Positions 51,491-64,000 of a stretch of DNA of 64,000 nt are shown here, piece after piece. Source of the stretch: Podarcis melisellensis (lineage: Eukaryota); the NCBI GenBank assembly GCA_964234715.1, contig OZ174275.1. One strand, 5' to 3'. The translations under genes and the position numbers were made by a program. Within the stretch, counting starts at the first letter, position 1. Every line of letters starts with the position of its first letter. Under the pieces are notes generated by a model. The model searched no databases and was not told the origin of the DNA. It was given only the letters and a program-made list of their open reading frames with translations.

Positions 51491-51929
51491 CAGAGGCAGC
51501 AGTGAGATCCTTGGACCGTCCGCCTTGGCAGGGCGGAGCGCTCTGGTTGCCCAGGTGGACGGGGGCTCAGAGGTGGAGAGAGCTGTGCCACAGCAACGTC
51601 AAGCCCTGTTTGGGGAGCACCTTTTCTCCCCTGCTGCAAGGGGCCACCTTCCCTCCCAGCTGCAAAGGGTGGTGTGGTGTTGGTGCTTTTCCGTCATAGG
51701 GAACGATCCCTACGTGAGGTGCTTTCTTTTGAAATATATAGTGAAACGTGGTGGGAACAGAGGGAAGCTGAGACACACAAAGGATCGGTCAGAGGGCGCC
51801 TGCCTCGGGGCTGAGTACACTGCCATCTTACTGGCGGTGCATTTTGCGTGAGTGTGAACTGGGGGTAGGGAGGACTTTGCTGTTAGGACATGCAGTCTGG
51901 CTCTCCTCGCTGCTGCCAGACCCGTGGCA

Positions 51930-51935
51930 ATTAAA
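51930..51935 (+). terminator. Candidate RPS6KB2 polyA signal ATTAAA
   Basis: The only polyA hexamer I found on + between the stop and the PTPRCAP 3' end. Confidence 0.5.
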
Positions 51936-52367
51936 GCTTTAGGACTTGTAAAGCAAGGGGCGCAACTTTGACCAGGTGGAAAGGATTGAGCGAATCCTAC
52001 TAGGTGGAGTTGCACCCTCTCGCGAGAAACGTCTGCACCCGTCTACTTTCCCCAGTGTGCACCAAGTGCCAAAAACTGATGCTGCTCCCTAAGTGGCCGT
52101 GGCCAGGTCAGTCTTTCCCCCGGGCTACTACCTATCTAGCAGTGCCTCTTTCTGTACCCTTGACTGTGAGTGAATCCTAGCGGTCTAGTTCCCGCCCAGA
52201 CGACGGGCTGGTAAGTGGCAAGGATTTAACAGCTTGTTTCTGTGGACTGCTGCCACGATGCCCGTGAAGCTTGGCCTTTGCCAAGTAGTACAGTTATGGT
52301 AGGAGAGAGCCATGCTGTGCTTCAGTCCACAAGGAGACCGCTACGGTGTCTCTTATCTCCCCTCTAC

Positions 52368-52373
52368 TTTATT
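52368..52373 (-). terminator. Candidate PTPRCAP polyA signal AATAAA (minus strand)
   Basis: TTTATT on +, about 210 nt past the PTPRCAP stop. Confidence 0.65.
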
Positions 52374-52585
52374 TGTCATAGGAAACTTTCAAAACAAAAT
52401 GGAAACTCAGGCTGCATTTTTGGCGGGGCAGGCGATCGAGCAAGCTAGGTGCAAACGGGAAGGGGTCAAAAGGCAACACAGGGCAAAAGCAGCTTTTGCT
52501 ATGTCCATGGGATGGGGCGGTGAACTGCCTTCAGTCTGTAGCTGTCTTTGCAGCGAGTGCTTCAGTGCCCTCTATCCTGCTGCTT

Positions 52586-53194
52586 CTAGAGGGCAGTGAC
52601 ATGCAGCTGTTTGCCTGGGTCCTCCCAGGCCGCTGTCCCAGAGAAAGAATGCAGATCACTCAGGAGAGCCCCTGCGCTGCTCTCTGTTGCCTTTGGGGCC
52701 CCTTCTTCCTCCGAGGCCTCCTGCACTGCTTTATCTTCTGCTGGCTCCGGATCAGCCTTCTCCTTGGATGCTTCTTGCTTTTCCTCCTCTTCTTCCTCCT
52801 CCTCCTCGTCTTCTCCTTGGAGGAGCTGCTGCTGCTCCCTCTCATCCCCCACATCAATGGGTTGCTCCTCCCCGGACTCTTCGTCTCCCAGCTTCTTGTC
52901 CTGGTGTCCCTGTAGTGGCTCTCCGGGGAGTTCCCCTCCCCAAAGCCCTTGCCATCGGAGCATCAGGCCCCTCAGCAGGCGCTGGGGGTGGTACCTTCCT
53001 CCTGAATTGCGGCTCAGCCGACGCCACGCCAGGAACAGCAAGAGGAGCAGCAGCAGCAGCAGGCAGACCAGGAAACTCACGACGATGTCATCGCTGCTCT
53101 TGCCGCGGCCGCCCCCTCTCTCTGGAGCTGCTCCCATGGCTTTCCCTGGAAACAGCAGGAGCAGGGCAGAGAGCGTGTGGACGAACTGGGGCCT
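52586..53194 (-). CDS. PTPRCAP: PTPRCAP main coding exon
   Basis: Minus-strand acceptor tttttctctgtag; extends ORF 52586..53137 by 19 codons. Confidence 0.93.
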   Translation of the reverse strand, partial: RPQFVHTLSALLLLFPGKAMGAAPERGGGRGKSSDDIVVSFLVCLLLLLLLLLFLAWRRLSRNSGGRYHPQRLLRGLMLRWQGLWGGELPGEPLQGHQDKKLGDEESGEEQPIDVGDEREQQQLLQGEDEEEEEEEEEKQEASKEKADPEPAEDKAVQEASEEEGAPKATESSAGALLSDLHSFSGTAAWEDPGKQLHVTAL

Positions 53195-56100
53195 CTACAG
53201 AGAAAAAGGAGCCAGGATGAGTCCCTGCCCCAGCAATTTTAATACGACAAGGAGCCTTGAATATTGGCCTGCTGTCTGCAGCTGTGGCGCTGTTCCCTGG
53301 GCTGTGTGGATCATGGAATCGTGCCCTGAAAACTCCCACTTGCACAGTGTTAGTTGGACTCTGATGTAGATGTTAAGGAGGGATCATGGTGAAAAGAGCA
53401 GGGCACTGCCATTGCTCGGAAGCTGTCTTAGTTTTTAAAATGTTCACCAGCAACTGCCTGCATATATATATTTTTAACCTACATGCTGCAGCTAGGAGGG
53501 CTTGCAATTAAAGAAATTGAAAAAAATGAGTTCCTGGCCTTGTGTGATGTTTGGGGATTTTATTGGATGCTGCAGTAGATCTGCTCATGGGGGCTTTGCA
53601 TCATCAGTGGCAACTTGCAGACCACTAGACATTTGCTGAAGCGCTATAATGTAAGAGGAGCAAGAGTGTGTGTGATTGTTTCCTAGCACAAGCTCCACTG
53701 ATACAGTCATAAAGACATATCCAGGTGGCAGAGGAGAAACTACAGCCAATAAGAGCTTATAGCAAGTTGACTATAAATTATGCAGGCTTAAGAAAATGTG
53801 CATGCACATATATTTTTCTTGCAGATTTCCCCTGCTATTTTTACATAATTTACTCTGCTATGTTAGGGAGGGACAAGGAGCTATGTAGGGTCTTTGGAAG
53901 TCATCTTCAGTGACTATTGTGGTTTTGGAAATTCAGCAAGAATTTCTCATGCTTATGATTGTGAAGATATGATAAAGCATGTACTTTTAAATATAAAAGC
54001 TGTGATTCTTTAGAAAGCTCTGTAAACAAAGCCACCCTCAATTTAACCTCAACCTTTGCTTCAGAAGGCAGAACCTCTGTTTGGTGCTTCGGCCATTGGC
54101 AAATACTGTACTGTCTGCCCCAAATGACCTGAGGCTCAGTATGTCAGGTGAGAGAAAAAGATATATTTTCGCTAAGCCAGCATATGAAGGTAGACAGTGC
54201 CAATTATCAAGCTTTGTAGTAACCAAGAAAGAGCTGGTCCATTTAAGTTGGGAAACATGGTGTTCCAGCCGAGAACGAACCGGGGACCTTTCGCATGTGA
54301 GGGGTCCATTTAACTTGGGCAGGTCTTGATTCAGCTAATTTTACAGGGTGTATTTGTCAAATGGCAAATGTCCTATTAGACGTATGGAAGGAAGTGGGCT
54401 GTAGAAGCAGACTGCAGGGAGTTTTGGCTAACAGTTTTGGTTTAATCGGATGCTGCATAGCCACACCTCTGCGTTGCACTGGCGCTAATGGAATACAGTC
54501 TGGGTGACAAGTCTGTTCTTTTCTTTTTCCTCCATGTTACTGAAGCGAGGCCGCTGAATATAAGGCTGATGCTATCAAGGAAAGGGTAATCTGGGAGAAT
54601 ATTAGGACTGAACATGCAGGGAAAGGGAAATTCCAAATCAATCTTGGGAGACAGCCTGCATAACTAAGCTTTAACTAACCTGGACTTTGGATATTTGTGG
54701 TCTTCTGTGACCTGAAAGTAGTGAAGTAAGAAGAAATAGTAGCATTAGGCAGAGAAAGCAGCAGCAAAGGAAACTAAGGTTGAGGCAATGGGACAGGATA
54801 AGAAGTCTCTAGCAGCACATGAACAGCAAAGTCTTTCCCCATGTTCCATGATACTAATCAGCAAGGTATCTTTACAGGAGATTTCCAGTCTACTAACAGG
54901 ATTTTTTTTTGGTTAGGGAGTGGTAGAGTAGAATAAAGTTAGGCTAGGAGACAAGAGTTTGATAGAGCTATCGGCAGGTTTCTTACATTTTGAGGCTATT
55001 TTCTGTGGGTGCTGGATCTGTTTTCTGATCCACTAAGTTCACATCTATACCAGAGCCAATGGTTGGCAGCCCTTTCAATAGGCACATTTGGAATCTGGAG
55101 TGTCATGGGCATCAGTCACAAAATGGCTGCCACATCTAAAAAATGCAGGACCATAAAATGGTGCAGGCAACCCCCTCCCCAGTCAACGGGGGAAAAGCAC
55201 AAATACCAGTCACAGGGAAGCCCTTTGCAGAAGAAAGAGTGCGTGTCTAGTCCTGTCCTCCAATGAAATGTATGTTTAAGGATGTGTGCTAAGTAAAGGA
55301 GAGCCTAAGCCAATAAACACAGGAAATGTGAATGTTAGGGGGTTTTTTAGGGGGGGGTATTTCTAGAGACCTTTTGTGGGCATGTGCACTAGTGAAACCT
55401 CGGGGTTGTATTCAAAGTTGTGCGAAAGAGATCTATCCCATCAATGATTTCTCATGTGACACAGCATTGTCCCACTCCTCTCTCTGTGCCCCGCATAAAT
55501 CTAATGTATTTAGTTGAATACCACCTCATGTGCCTGTGTGCCTTGCAGCCTTGGTACTCTCACTTCTAAGAACTTGTCCTCTGCATGTTTAGAAGAGAGC
55601 AGCCATTTGGCACCATCAAGTCCCACAAGCAGCACAACGTGAACATTAGCAAATGGCTGCAGCAACAGCTTTCTCTTAAAGGTTGCAGGCCTTTGCAACC
55701 GGTTGCTTGCTCCTTTACACAGAGAAAGTAACTTAAGAGCAAGAGCATCGAAAGGCCTGTGAGGGAGAAAGGAGGCCATGGGATGGACATTGCCACTAGG
55801 GTAGCCCCTGCAGCAAATTATCATCAGCTTCCATTTTAGTTTGGGGATCGGGAGGGAGTGGCCCTCCAGGATTCCAACTCCCATCAGCCCTAGGCAGCAT
55901 AGCCAAAGGGCAGGAATCATGAGAGTCCAATGATAGCTGGAGAATCCCATCCCTGAGCTACACTAAATGGAAGCCGAATTCTACTCCACCCACCCTCCAA
56001 GGGAGATACCTTGTCAGAAGGCTATTTGCATATGTATTACAGGTGGGCCATGGGGTTAGCCTTTATCACACTTTTAGCATGATTAAGTAGTATCAGCTTG

Positions 56101-57712
56101 TTAAGACAACAAAGCCGATGCTTCTTCAAAATGCTAAAACAGTTACTGAGTGCTATTAGGAGACCAGTTCTCTGTGACCCATTTTTTCTATAGAATCTGT
56201 ACATCAGTCTCCTTCCTTGAAACAACTGGAACGGCAGCCAATGGGCCTACGCTACAGTATTTCTGAAGAATGTAGCAAGACACAAAGCACGGATGGGGAA
56301 CTTGTGGCTCTCCTGCAGGGGGTAGACCACAGCTGACATAAGGCCATAGGTCAGTGGCAGAGCAAGTATCTGCTTTTCATACTGTAGGTTCCAGGTTCAA
56401 GTTCTAGAATCTCTAGGGCCAAACTCGGGTCTCCAGCTGTTTTTGGACTACAATTCCCACCATCCATGACTACTGGTCCTGCTAGCTAGGGATGATGGGA
56501 GTTGTAGTCCAAAAACAGCTGGAGATCCAAGTTTGGGAAACCCTGGTGTAGACAATACTGAACTAGATGGACCAATGGCCTGACTCAGTATAAGTCTATG
56601 TTTCTATAGTCCCTGACCATTAGCCATGCTGGCTGAGGCTAATGGGAGTTGGAGTTCAATAATACCTTGTGAGCAACAGATTTCCTATCACTGCTATCTA
56701 CTGCAGCAGAAAAGACCTTTGCACCATCCCATATTAAAGGAAGCAGCTTTACCAACAAAGGATTGAAGGCAGCAAAAAACCCAGTTTTCAACTACTCGCA
56801 AAGGCCATTAAAGAGGCCAGCATCAGAGCATAGCTTAACCTTGGCGTTCTCTAGCCCAAAAGCAGAAATGTCATCTGATGGAACAGAAGAACTTTAAGAG
56901 TTAAGGCAGGACATCAAAGGAAACAGAAGTGTCCAAGAAGCCAACATGCCAGAGTAGTGCGCCTTATCAAAACTGCCCAGTGGAATAAGGAGGGAACACA
57001 GAACAAAGGACTATAAGCAATGAAAGAGACGCCATTCCAGTGCTGCAGGTCCTGGGCTTTCATCACAGCAAAAGGGAAACCGGGCACCATTGATACCTTT
57101 TAAGAGCTTTTGCCGCTTCCAAGTGGTCTTACACGCAGGGAGGGAGAGAATGCGGCACCTCAAGGCATCTCTTGAATTATTTTACGATTTTCCGTGCAGC
57201 CTTTTCACTTAAGAAAATGCCCAAGGGAGTACCTTCTCCTCCACTGTAGCAAAACAAATTATAGAGCAGCAACAGGATGGCCACTGCATTCCCACTCCCC
57301 TGCCAGTGGCAGGAGAGAGAGCACAAAGTGGAGTCCCTCTGGCCAACCAGGGATGGCAATGGGCAGCATCTAATCAGCCTTTGCCAACCCCCTCTCTTAT
57401 TCTTCCTTATCTGCCTTAGTAGCCCTGCCTGCTCAACTTCTCCTGGAGAAAAGAGAGCCTGGCACCTCCTTGCAGAAGCCAAAGAACAGCAAATGGAAAG
57501 AGCCCAGTGAGAGGCTCAAAGCTTAACCAGCTATTCACAATAAGGAAACATTCTGGTTTCTAAGAGTCTTGGCCACTACTGTCTCAAGTCCAGTAGGGTT
57601 GTGCAACTTTGCCGCTTCTTGCTCTCACACACGTACACACTCTCTCACACACATGCCACCCTTCCAAATCCATCTTCTCCAGCCCTGTTGGGTCTACCCT
57701 CTTTCTTACCAT
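52586..57712 (-). CDS. PTPRCAP: CD45-associated protein (LPAP), 203 aa, 2 coding exons
   Basis: complement(join(52586..53194,57710..57712)). Signal-peptide-like MRPQFVHTLSALLLLFPGKAMG, poly-Leu TM, AWRRLSRNSGGRYHP, acidic tail, ALLSDLHSFSGTAAWED..LHVTAL*. Confidence 0.9.
56341..56600 (+). mobile_element. Old tRNA-derived SINE hosting a MITE
   Basis: ggtcagtggcagagca..ggttcaag..gtagacaatactgaactagatggaccaatggcctgactcagtataag. Confidence 0.6.
56419..56545. mobile_element. Fold-back MITE nested in a tRNA-derived SINE
   Basis: Same core (ctccagctgtttttggactacaa...ttgtagtccaaaaacagctggag). Confidence 0.75.
57710..57712 (-). CDS. PTPRCAP: PTPRCAP exon 1 terminal ATG
   Basis: Minus strand acgATG|GTAAGA; phase 0 fits exon 2; intron 4515 nt. 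Confidence 0.7.
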
Positions 57713-57762
57713 CGTCAGGAGTGGAGTGCTCTTTGCTCTGCTGCACTGCATGTAGCCTGGAG

Positions 57763-57774
57763 GAAAATGAAACT
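57763..57774. promoter_or_regulatory. ISRE/IRF-type motif GAAAATGAAACT in the putative PTPRCAP promoter
   Basis: Matches GAAANNGAAACT, about 50 nt 5' of the PTPRCAP ATG. Confidence 0.45.
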
Positions 57775-60700
57775 TTGCAAGCGGTGGCCCTGTGTGTGCA
57801 CTTTGGGGGTGGCGGAGAGATGTTTCCTGCCTCTGCTCTTCACCCTGCACAGAGAAAACACTGCAAAGCTATACTTAGCACCTGATGCAAAGAATCAACT
57901 ATTTACCTCTTTTGGGTACTTCCAACCATTATCAGGCTTAAGCAGAACTTCCCCATTGCACTGATAAGCATCTCTCATTGGGAAGAAAGCCAGAATTATT
58001 AACCAAATTTGTTTCTCATGCTAGTAGTGTCTGTTCTGCTTAAATTTGGGGTGGAGAAGAGGGAGATATAAAATGCACCAAATCAAGTACTTTGGACAGC
58101 TATCAATGGTTGTGCCACCTTATTCACAAGGCTTTCAGGGCCTATGCTATGTACTGTAGCAGATTCCTGTGTGTTTGCTCCTCATCTGGGCTTGTACAAC
58201 TGGATTAAGGACTCCTGATTGTAAAGGATAGTCCACTGCAGCTGATAGAGGAGTTTAAAGAAAAGTAAAGCACACTTCCACACCACCTACATCCCGGGAG
58301 GACGACGGCAGGGGTGTGTGTGTAATATAGAAGATGTACAGAGGGTGCTCAATAAAACTTGGCAGCTGTTTCCTTGCCCAGGAAAAGTAGAGCCAGGATG
58401 TGCTCTCTTCATTTCCACCACTTCATAGCCCTTGCAGTCGTATGGGAAAAGAGAGTGAACACTTTTCTATCCCGTCAGCAGCTTTTGTCTATGCAGAGAG
58501 CACAGATCACAAATTGGTACCGCAGTGTGGAGGCTTTGCATGCATGGTTTGCATTCACCTTACAACAACACTATTTCCTGCAGGCTCAGGCAGCAGAGGC
58601 GCCTTAATTCAACAGTGCCAACCACAAGTTTCCTGCCACCCCACCCCCAGAACAGCTTCTGCTGCTTGGTCTAGGACAGGAAGAGCAGCACACCTGCCAC
58701 CTACACTCTTCCGGAGAACCTTAATGCGCAGCGGGTACCTACAGCGTGCATGCACTTTGGTAGAAATCATATTGGCTTCTCCAGCAGCCACAAAAGACAT
58801 TGCTAGGAGCTAGATGCCCCACAAGCCCAGGAGATATTCTCTCTCTGCACATTCAGTGTTTACTGCGGTGGGAGATTGAATGTTTCTCAATTACTTTGCT
58901 TTGAAAAAACCTTGAAAAAGCTCCTAAGGGAGCAGCATTCAATTCATTGTGGTATTTTTAAACAGTGGAAATAAACAATAGATTGTGTGTGCACATACAC
59001 ACAGAGAGTAATGAATATAGCGGTTGATAGGACCGCATAAAAGGCAATTCGGCAGGAGCTAATTCAAACCAAAGGCCCGCCTGAACAATGTGGTCTTCAG
59101 CAGCTTGCAAAATGTCAAAGGGAGGAAGCTAGAGATGTATTTCTCACCCTTCTGAACTATGCTTCAATAGAGGAGGGAGGTGGAACAGAAACACACACAC
59201 CATCCAGCAGATCTCCCAGGGTAAGCAGAATCAGCTATTACTTTAAATTCCCTGAACTGGGCTTGAACGAGTGCAGATTAAACAAAGGAGCCCCATGCCT
59301 CATGTCACAAGCTCCTGGCGTCAGCATCCTGCATTAGCTGCAGTTTCCAAATGATCCAATGCAGCCCCACAACGTTGCAGCAGTCCAAAGCAGGATGTGA
59401 CCCAGGCATGACTCTTGCAAAAGGGGTGCAAGAGTGTTTTACATGTATGATGTGGCTGTGACCTTGCAAGCCTTGATGGGAGAACAGAGAAGAGATGTAG
59501 GAGGGAATTGTTGTTTTTGCTCCTGGCCCTGCCCACCAGCGGCCTATGGCCCTTGGAACTTTGCCTAGAAGAGAATGTGGCCCTCAGGCTTAAGAAGGTT
59601 CTCTGCCCCAGCCTAGCCCCTGTTCTGTCAAGGTTCGCCACAAGTCATCAGCTCCACAGTCTCATTGCTCCCAGTTCCTTATCCAACCAAAGACAACAAG
59701 TGGGCTGCACTCAAAAAGGCATGTACCACTTTATGCACATGAGGCTGCAGAACACATTCCTCTTGCACATGCCCAAGGCTGGCTGTTCCAAGCTCAAAGG
59801 AGGGATGCACCACTGGAACGGAAGGAAGCAAAGTTCTTTGATTGCCAAGGAGTTTCGCGCAACAAATGCAAGCACTGAGCAAAAGCTCAGGCAGATGCCA
59901 GATCAAAAAGGAAGGAGAGGGAAGACGAAATGGGAGTTGCAGGAGAAAACAACATGAAGCTTCTTACAATCAAAGCACTGTAAGCCAACTGAGTATGAAA
60001 AGCCCCCTGGTGGAGAGTGCCAGAAAACCTTTCCTTTAGGGACCTATCCTTTTAAGGATATCAAGAGAGAGATTGCCAAACTAAAACCCAGATCAAACTT
60101 GGCTCAACAACTAAGATAGTGGGAAGTAGCAGAAACAAGAGGGAGCCTGACCTGCTCAAGTCAAAATGCAACCACGAAAGCAAGCAATTACCTATCCCTC
60201 CTTGAGCAGGCATCTCACCAGGTAAATATCTAGGCTGGCATGTAGTAATTTGCTCTGTTTATGTGTGAGGGATAGCTCTACCCACATTCCTTTTTCTTCC
60301 AGAAGAGGGTGGCCTCATTTAACCTCCTGCCTCTATAGTTCACACTTCTCCAACCTTGTTCCTCTTTTTAAAAAAATGCAAGCTCCTGCACTACACATAC
60401 ACACAAGGATTGTTCCAATTACATTCAAAAAGCAAGCAGGCATTTTACCTTGCTTAAAAATCCAGATTATAAGTAACAGGAAACAAGCTTTGTTAGAATT
60501 CAAAACAAAAGTGGAGCAGCCAACAGGAAAAGGCCTGAATATTCACACATGTTCAGGGCATGCAAGCTGCTCTGAAGCCCAGTATAAACACAGAACAAGT
60601 GAAGCAATCTTTCAATTAAAAAAAAAGTAAACATTAAAAGTTCAGGTTGGAAAACCACTCCTTACTCACACCGACAGCCCTACCTTTCCATGTAAAGTTT

Positions 60701-61049
60701 GGCTCTTATATCCCTGAAAGCTATATGGCACATGCAGACACCGATCATTTCCTAACACTGATTTAGAAAGGCTGAAGTTTAAGTGAAGTGTTGTTGTTTT
60801 TCCTGCAAGCATCCAACATGACTTGTGTCCTTCTTGGTTTCTTTGGGCAGCTCTAGGTGAGCAGAAATGCCTGGGCTGTTGCCTGTTCTGCTGTGTTTTT
60901 CCACCACACGCTGAAAGTGAAGCCACATAAAATGGTGGGAAGAAAGCAAATGCTTCAGGAAAAGCCTGCAGTGACCCTGAACTCCTCTGAATTCATCTGT
61001 GGAAAGAAGGGAACAGACTTGTGCACAGAGCTGTGGCTTTATAAAGACT

Positions 61050-61220
61050 TTTATTTGGAATGAAAATATAGATTATTGAACCTGAACAGTTTCTTTTCGC
61101 CTCCACCACCCTCATGTGTTTCGTCAGAACCTGCTTAGCATTTGAGGGCTGGAGGGAGGGAGAGAGGAGTGGTCCCAGAGACAAGAAACTTAAGGACTGT
61201 GACTAGATGGCAGATTTATT
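61050..61220 (-). terminator. Two candidate CORO1B polyA signals (61215..61220, 61050..61055)
   Basis: TTTATT hexamers on +, downstream of the CORO1B stop. Confidence 0.45.
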
Positions 61221-61802
61221 TCATAGTCAAGCCCCAATGATCCCATCCATGGTCTCTCTGAAGTAAAATAAAATTCAGGCAAGGAAGCAGAAGAATCCTC
61301 AACAGGATTCTCAGTGGTCCTAGCAGGGAAAAGGGGGAGAAGAGGCCTGGCCCATAGGAAGCACTGGCTTCCAATAAACCGCAAAATCCACCCGCCATGA
61401 GAGATTGGGAAGGGGAATCCCAGCCTTCTCTCCAGTGGAAAGCGTGGGCATGTCAGACTGTGCAGTCAGCTAGTCCTGATCCCCACAGGGGGACATACAA
61501 GCCAACCGCAGCCATGGGAAGGGGACAGGGCCAGAGGGACTCTGGCCAGAATAAGGCAAAGGGACAGATGTGGGGAGACCAGCACATTGCCCCTTGGGTA
61601 AAACAGGGTGCGGGAGAAGGAGGAGATTTGGTCCGAGACAAAACCCAAGAAACATTCCCAGTAGCAGCAAGAGAGGGCAAGTCCCTGTCTCACACCACAG
61701 GGCAGGATGAGGCAGTGTATAAAGGGATTACTGGCAGCTCAAAAAAAGGTGAAGCGTTTAAGAAGATCCATGTTGGTGAGGTCTCCTCCGCGGGGACCCC
61801 TC

Positions 61803-61931
61803 CTAGACATCGCCGTTCTCAATGCGGCTCAGCTGCTCCTCTAGTCGCCCAATGCGCTCGCCCTGCGCAGCCACAAGCATCCGCAGTGACGCCACTTCAC
61901 GCAGCACTTCTTCAATGACCTGCCCGCCGTC
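61803..61931 (-). CDS. CORO1B: CORO1B last coding exon (coiled coil)
   Basis: Minus-strand acceptor ttcttccttgcag; 43 codons including TAG. Confidence 0.92.
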   Translation of the reverse strand, partial: DGGQVIEEVLREVASLRMLVAAQGERIGRLEEQLSRIENGDV

Positions 61932-63422
61932 CTGCAAGGAAGAAGAAGAAAGCAGTGTCATGCTGCTCTTCCCAACAGGATCCCAGCTGCTCAGCTCAAA
62001 ACCGCCCCATGACCTGTACTCCTGGGACCAGCAGGACTTGCGCCTCCTCCCCCAGTGCATGTGTGCACACACGTGTACGTGTGTGTGTGTTTGTGTGTAC
62101 CCACACACGTTGGGAAGGAAGAAAGCAACACTGGCAAATGCTTGGACAACACATGCACACACGTAGTGGAAAGAAGCAGGCTATTAGACATCCAAAGAAA
62201 GAAATCCTCAGCAGACTGACTGACTTCATAGGATCTGTTCAGCTAGGAACAGCCTGGCATTCAGGTTAAAAATGCCCTAAAGCATCCTTTGTCCTTGACA
62301 AATTGCCTAGTAGCCGCAGACAGCCAGGAATTCCACACAGATGCCTGAGTGAGCTAGCGAAGAGCAGAGCATGGATCATCCTGTTCCTTCTCTGCCTGTC
62401 TGCTTAGAAGAAGGCACTTTCCTCTTCTTTTTTCTATCTGCCTCTGTTTCCAGGCTGGCTTTGGAGGAGGGGGCATCCTTTCCCCTGCAGATAGCATGGA
62501 AATGCAGATTGCTAGCTGATTAGCAGGCTTGTAGAACGTAAGGAAAGCTCTGCTGGATCCGGCCAAAGGGTCCATGTAGCCCGGCTTCCTGTGGCCATGC
62601 AGATGCACAGGTGAAGCCTGAACACAAGAGTCCTCTCCTCTCTAGCAATTGGCATTCAGAGGCATCCTGTGCCTGAAGGTAGAATATAGCCTTACCCTCC
62701 ATGAATTTGCCTAAAGCCTCTCACACTGGTAACCTTTGTAGGCTTATTTGCTCTCTGTGGCAAGGGTACTTTGCAGGGTATGGGAAGCCCACTTTCTAAC
62801 CACAGCCTCTAGTCAAGCCCTACTGGCTCTTCTCCAACAACTGAAATTGGATGACTGCTCCAAAACTACAAAGGATTTGCTTTATTATTGGAGAGAATGC
62901 TGGAGAGTCCCAGGATGCAGTGAATATTGGACATGCGCAGACCTTCTCCTCTGTTCTCCCTCCCCAAGGCACATCAGAATCCTGTTCTGCTCCTTGCACT
63001 TGGCTCTAACCCACATCCACCCACACCCACACCCCAGCTCACCCGCTCTGCAAGCCTGCGAGGGACGACAGAGAAGCGCCAATCAAACAACCCACCCACA
63101 GAACCCCCTGTTCCGGCGCAGGCGCCAGCCCTGCACATACCCCACTGGCAGCGCTGACGCTAATGGCAGGCGTGGCAGCAGACTGAGACATGGCACTGGG
63201 GTGTGTGGCACTCAGCCCGGCGCTGGGGGCAGCAGCGGGGCGGCTATCTTGCAGCAAGCTCCTCCGGCTGACTTTGAGGTCACGCTGCTTGGTGGGCACA
63301 TAGGCTTCGCGCAGCGAGATCAGGATGGGGCCCGCCGTCTTCCCTGCCACCCATTCCTCGGCTTCCATGGTGGCTTCAGGCCCAGCTGTGTCTGGGTACA
63401 AATCATCTTGGAACAAATCTGA
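61803..63422 (-). CDS. CORO1B: Coronin-1B, 3' part (last two coding exons; gene continues beyond the window)
   Basis: complement(join(61803..61931,63141..63422)). SDLFQDDLYPDTAGPE..LISLREAYVP, then the coiled coil IEEVLREVASLR..RLEEQLSRIENGDV*. GT-AG intron, phase 0, syntenic with PTPRCAP. Confidence 0.93.
63141..63422 (-). CDS. CORO1B: CORO1B penultimate coding exon
   Basis: (CT)n-ctgcag acceptor, GGG|GTATGT donor, 94 codons. Confidence 0.93.
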
Positions 63423-63426
63423 CTGC

Positions 63427-63446
63427 AGAGAGAGAGAGAGAGAGAG
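63427..63446. repeat. (AG)n microsatellite forming the CORO1B acceptor pyrimidine tract
   Basis: agagagagagagagagagag next to the minus-strand CAG. Confidence 0.85.
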
Positions 63447-64000
63447 GGCAGTGTTAAGAGCCTGGGACAATATGGAACAGTGCTGCTCTCCCCTCCCATG
63501 GGATGTACAAGGTAAAACACCCAACAAATTTGCTGTGCTTCAAAATTTCCAATTCTCAGTCTCCACTTTATATTGGCCTGTCTTACAGAGCAGTTTTAAA
63601 AGACGAAACAGGCAGTGTGCTTTGACTATCACGCTATTTAACTGTCAAGCAGTAGCATTATTATTAAATCCACATAGTTTCAAAGCTAGACAGGGGCACA
63701 GATTCAGTTTATATGCATACAGGCATATGTATAAAGCTTGAGACCTGAACACTGGAGGGGAGGGAGGGATTTGCTTAATAATGAATTATAATTCAGGCCT
63801 CAGGCACTCTGGGCAGCTTCCAACACATATAAAAACATAATAAAACTTCAAACATTAAAAACATCCCAATACAGGCCTGCCTTCAAATGTCTGGTAAAAG
63901 TTGTATAGATATTTAATGCTTATGTAATGCTCAGCTTGGCTTAAAGGCAAGTAAAGCACACACAACCGTCATATGGGAAAAAATAAATGTTTCTGATCAG

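Noticed and set aside
52596-53369. 257-aa Ser-rich + strand ORF (also 52496..52915 and 52687..53220)
   Set aside because: Antisense shadows of the Glu/Leu-rich PTPRCAP exon.
62748-63422. 224-aa + strand ORF
   Set aside because: Antisense to the CORO1B exon, with a non-ATG start and no recognisable features.

Overview
Vertebrate genomic DNA from a squamate reptile, probably a lacertid lizard given the Sauria/POM-type SINEs and the lizard MITE set. It carries the conserved block CARNS1(+) - RPS6KB2(+) - PTPRCAP(-) - CORO1B(-). I assembled the exons by hand from splice sites and reading-frame continuity. CARNS1 has 9 coding exons (6250..24806, about 953 aa), RPS6KB2 has 15 (38433..51490, 475 aa) and PTPRCAP has 2 (57712..52586, 203 aa). 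Only the last two coding exons of CORO1B are in the window. Introns and intergenic DNA hold many Tc1/mariner-, hAT- and PIF/Harbinger-type MITEs, SINEs and CR1/L2 fragments, several of them nested. Most long ORFs in the supplied track are antisense shadows or low-complexity artefacts. I see no convincing new multi-gene system. The best leads are regulatory or RNA-level: a 44-bp inverted repeat bracketing the RPS6KB2 promoter and exons 1-2; inverted MITEs flanking an in-frame 807-nt exon block (circRNA candidate); a candidate stop-containing cassette exon in CARNS1 before an internal ATG; a 94-nt intronic hairpin; a GC-AG intron; loss of the S6K2 AT-hook core; and a frame-compatible CORO1B-PTPRCAP read-through splice. 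Comparisons with human proteins are from memory and need a real alignment.
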